A stretch of 9,620 nt of DNA, from positions 1-9,620 of the forward strand of contig JBHGNT010001348.1 in the NCBI GenBank assembly GCA_043228905.1. Reading direction: 5' to 3'. The stretch comes from Azolla caroliniana. Taxonomy: Eukaryota; Plantae; Polypodiophyta. Every line of letters starts with the position of its first letter. The first letter of the stretch is position 1. Below, piece after piece: positions 8,380-9,620 of this stretch. A model generated the notes under the pieces. The model was not told the origin of the DNA. It did no database searches and saw only the letters and a list, made by a program, of their open reading frames with translations. The position numbers and the translations under genes were made by a program.

Positions 8380-8890
8380 CTCGTATCTATATCAATGAAC
8401 ATTTTGTGTATGATGAGTATGGGAGATTTGGATATTAAATAGATGAGTTCAATCCTTATGTACACACATTATGCACCCTCGTGCACAATAATGCAACTGA
8501 AGAAAGCAAATTGCTCAAATATGCGAAAGTTCTAGCACTGAATATTCCTGAGGGCTCTTCATGACAACTCATGATTGCTTCTGAGACGCCACAAATCATG
8601 TGGCCTCTAGTGACGCAAGTAACATTGGAAGTACAAATGTGATTGTAACGTGTCAAGAACTGGCAACCATATGTTTCATGAACTCTAGTAAATATATAAC
8701 TTCTCGTCTCTATGCCCACCAAAACAATGTTATGCACGCGAGGCCATACAAAACAAGTCTATATGAGGAAGAGCTTCAATGAACCTTTAGTCCAATGAAT
8801 GAATGATGGTTGGAAGCCGTAATTTGTAAGCTTCTCCATGTCATATATAACATATATTTTATGCAACACTCCAATAATTGATATGTATTA
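8380..8890 (+). mobile_element. Degenerate Helitron remnant 4: pre-Rep N-terminal region
   Basis: DEFNPYVHTL (8442-8471) resembles LDExNPYV. QELATI (8654-8671) resembles EVAAI. LYEEELQ*/PL...DGWKP (8759-8819) resembles YxxLQYPLLFPxGExGW. IIDMY (8874-8888) resembles IVDMY. Exact 13-nt and 17-nt matches to 1881-1893 and 1987-2003. Confidence 0.6.
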
Positions 8891-9219
8891 CTTACATAAC
8901 CATATACTTTGTTTACTACGTAGTGCATCCCCATAAATATGCATTATATCAAGAAATGCATTCTCCAATGTAACCTTTGATGTGATTTTATTGCATCACT
9001 AGAGGCTTTAATATCGATGCATTGTGGGTGTGTTTCCTATGCTAAATTATAACATGTCTCGGACTTACTCATTCAAATTTACTTTCTATACATTAAGCTA
9101 ACTCAAATTATTGTATATGGTTTAATTTCTACACTACAAAAACAATGGTTTGGTGTAAATTAAAGAGCAAGTCGTTGATCTTGATGAAGATCATCCAACC
9201 ATAAATATTTTTATGCATT

Positions 9220-9620
9220 TAGATATCGACAATGGTTTGGTTTGAATGGGTCAAACTCAAATAGTTTAAAACTGATCCATTTTAAAACAATTGAAACTTA
9301 AACTGAACCGTTATGAAAAATTCACGCGTAAACCAAACGGTTTTAGAGTCTTTCAAACATTTAAACCGTTAAAACCCGCGGTTTTGCAGTTTGGTTTTGG
9401 TTTCCAAGTTACGTCAAAATTTTAAATTTCACAATTAAATTTTAAAAATTTTAAATTTTAAATTTGAAAATTTAAATATTTTTCCTTATATATCAAAATA
9501 AGGCTTAAACTGTTCAAAAAATATTTCAAAAATTTATTAAGTTTCAATCCCAAACTGTCAAACCATTTGAATAGCGGTTTCAAATTGAAAACCACTAAAT
9601 TGATAAGGGCTTGAACCGAA
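9220..9620. mobile_element. Probable non-autonomous DNA transposon/MITE-like element, truncated by the window edge
   Basis: Dense AAACC(G)/(C)GGTTT motifs in both orientations, including short palindromes at 9330-9343 and 9371-9385, around an AAATTTT-rich core (9416-9480). The start TAGATATCGACAATGG loosely resembles TAGAGATGGCAATGG-type hAT MITE ends. The other end and a TSD are not visible. Confidence 0.45.

Noticed and set aside
1774-8737. Minus-strand ORFs 1774..1998 and 8456..8737 sharing MSCH...VHNV, suggesting a novel small protein family
   Set aside because: The similarity is the antisense shadow of the + strand homology. The frame with conserved middle codon positions is a different one and carries the Helitron-like NPYV motif.

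Overview
Eukaryotic, land-plant-like genomic DNA. One intact, intronless, GC-rich gene lies on the minus strand (ATG 5836 to TAG 4580, 418 aa). It looks like a divergent member of the plant DUF793 (BPS1/ROH1-like) family. It has a (TA)n/TATA region, two chained upstream ORFs and a GGC/GGA repeat just past the stop. The AT-rich, CpG-poor flanks have no convincing intact ORF. By-eye translation through stops and frameshifts recovers Helitron Rep/PIF1-helicase motifs in four separate + strand segments (about 60-845, 1478-3960, 6700-8050 and 8380-8890), and three of these share DNA-level homology blocks. The gene therefore appears to sit inside a co-oriented cluster of fossil Helitrons. Also present are two young tandem duplications with microhomology (70 bp and 123 bp), a minus-strand LINE ORF1 fragment (about 8100-8360) and an AAACCG/CGGTTT-rich MITE-like element running off the right edge. 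Family assignments rest on remembered motifs, not database searches. I cannot support a wholly new biological system here.
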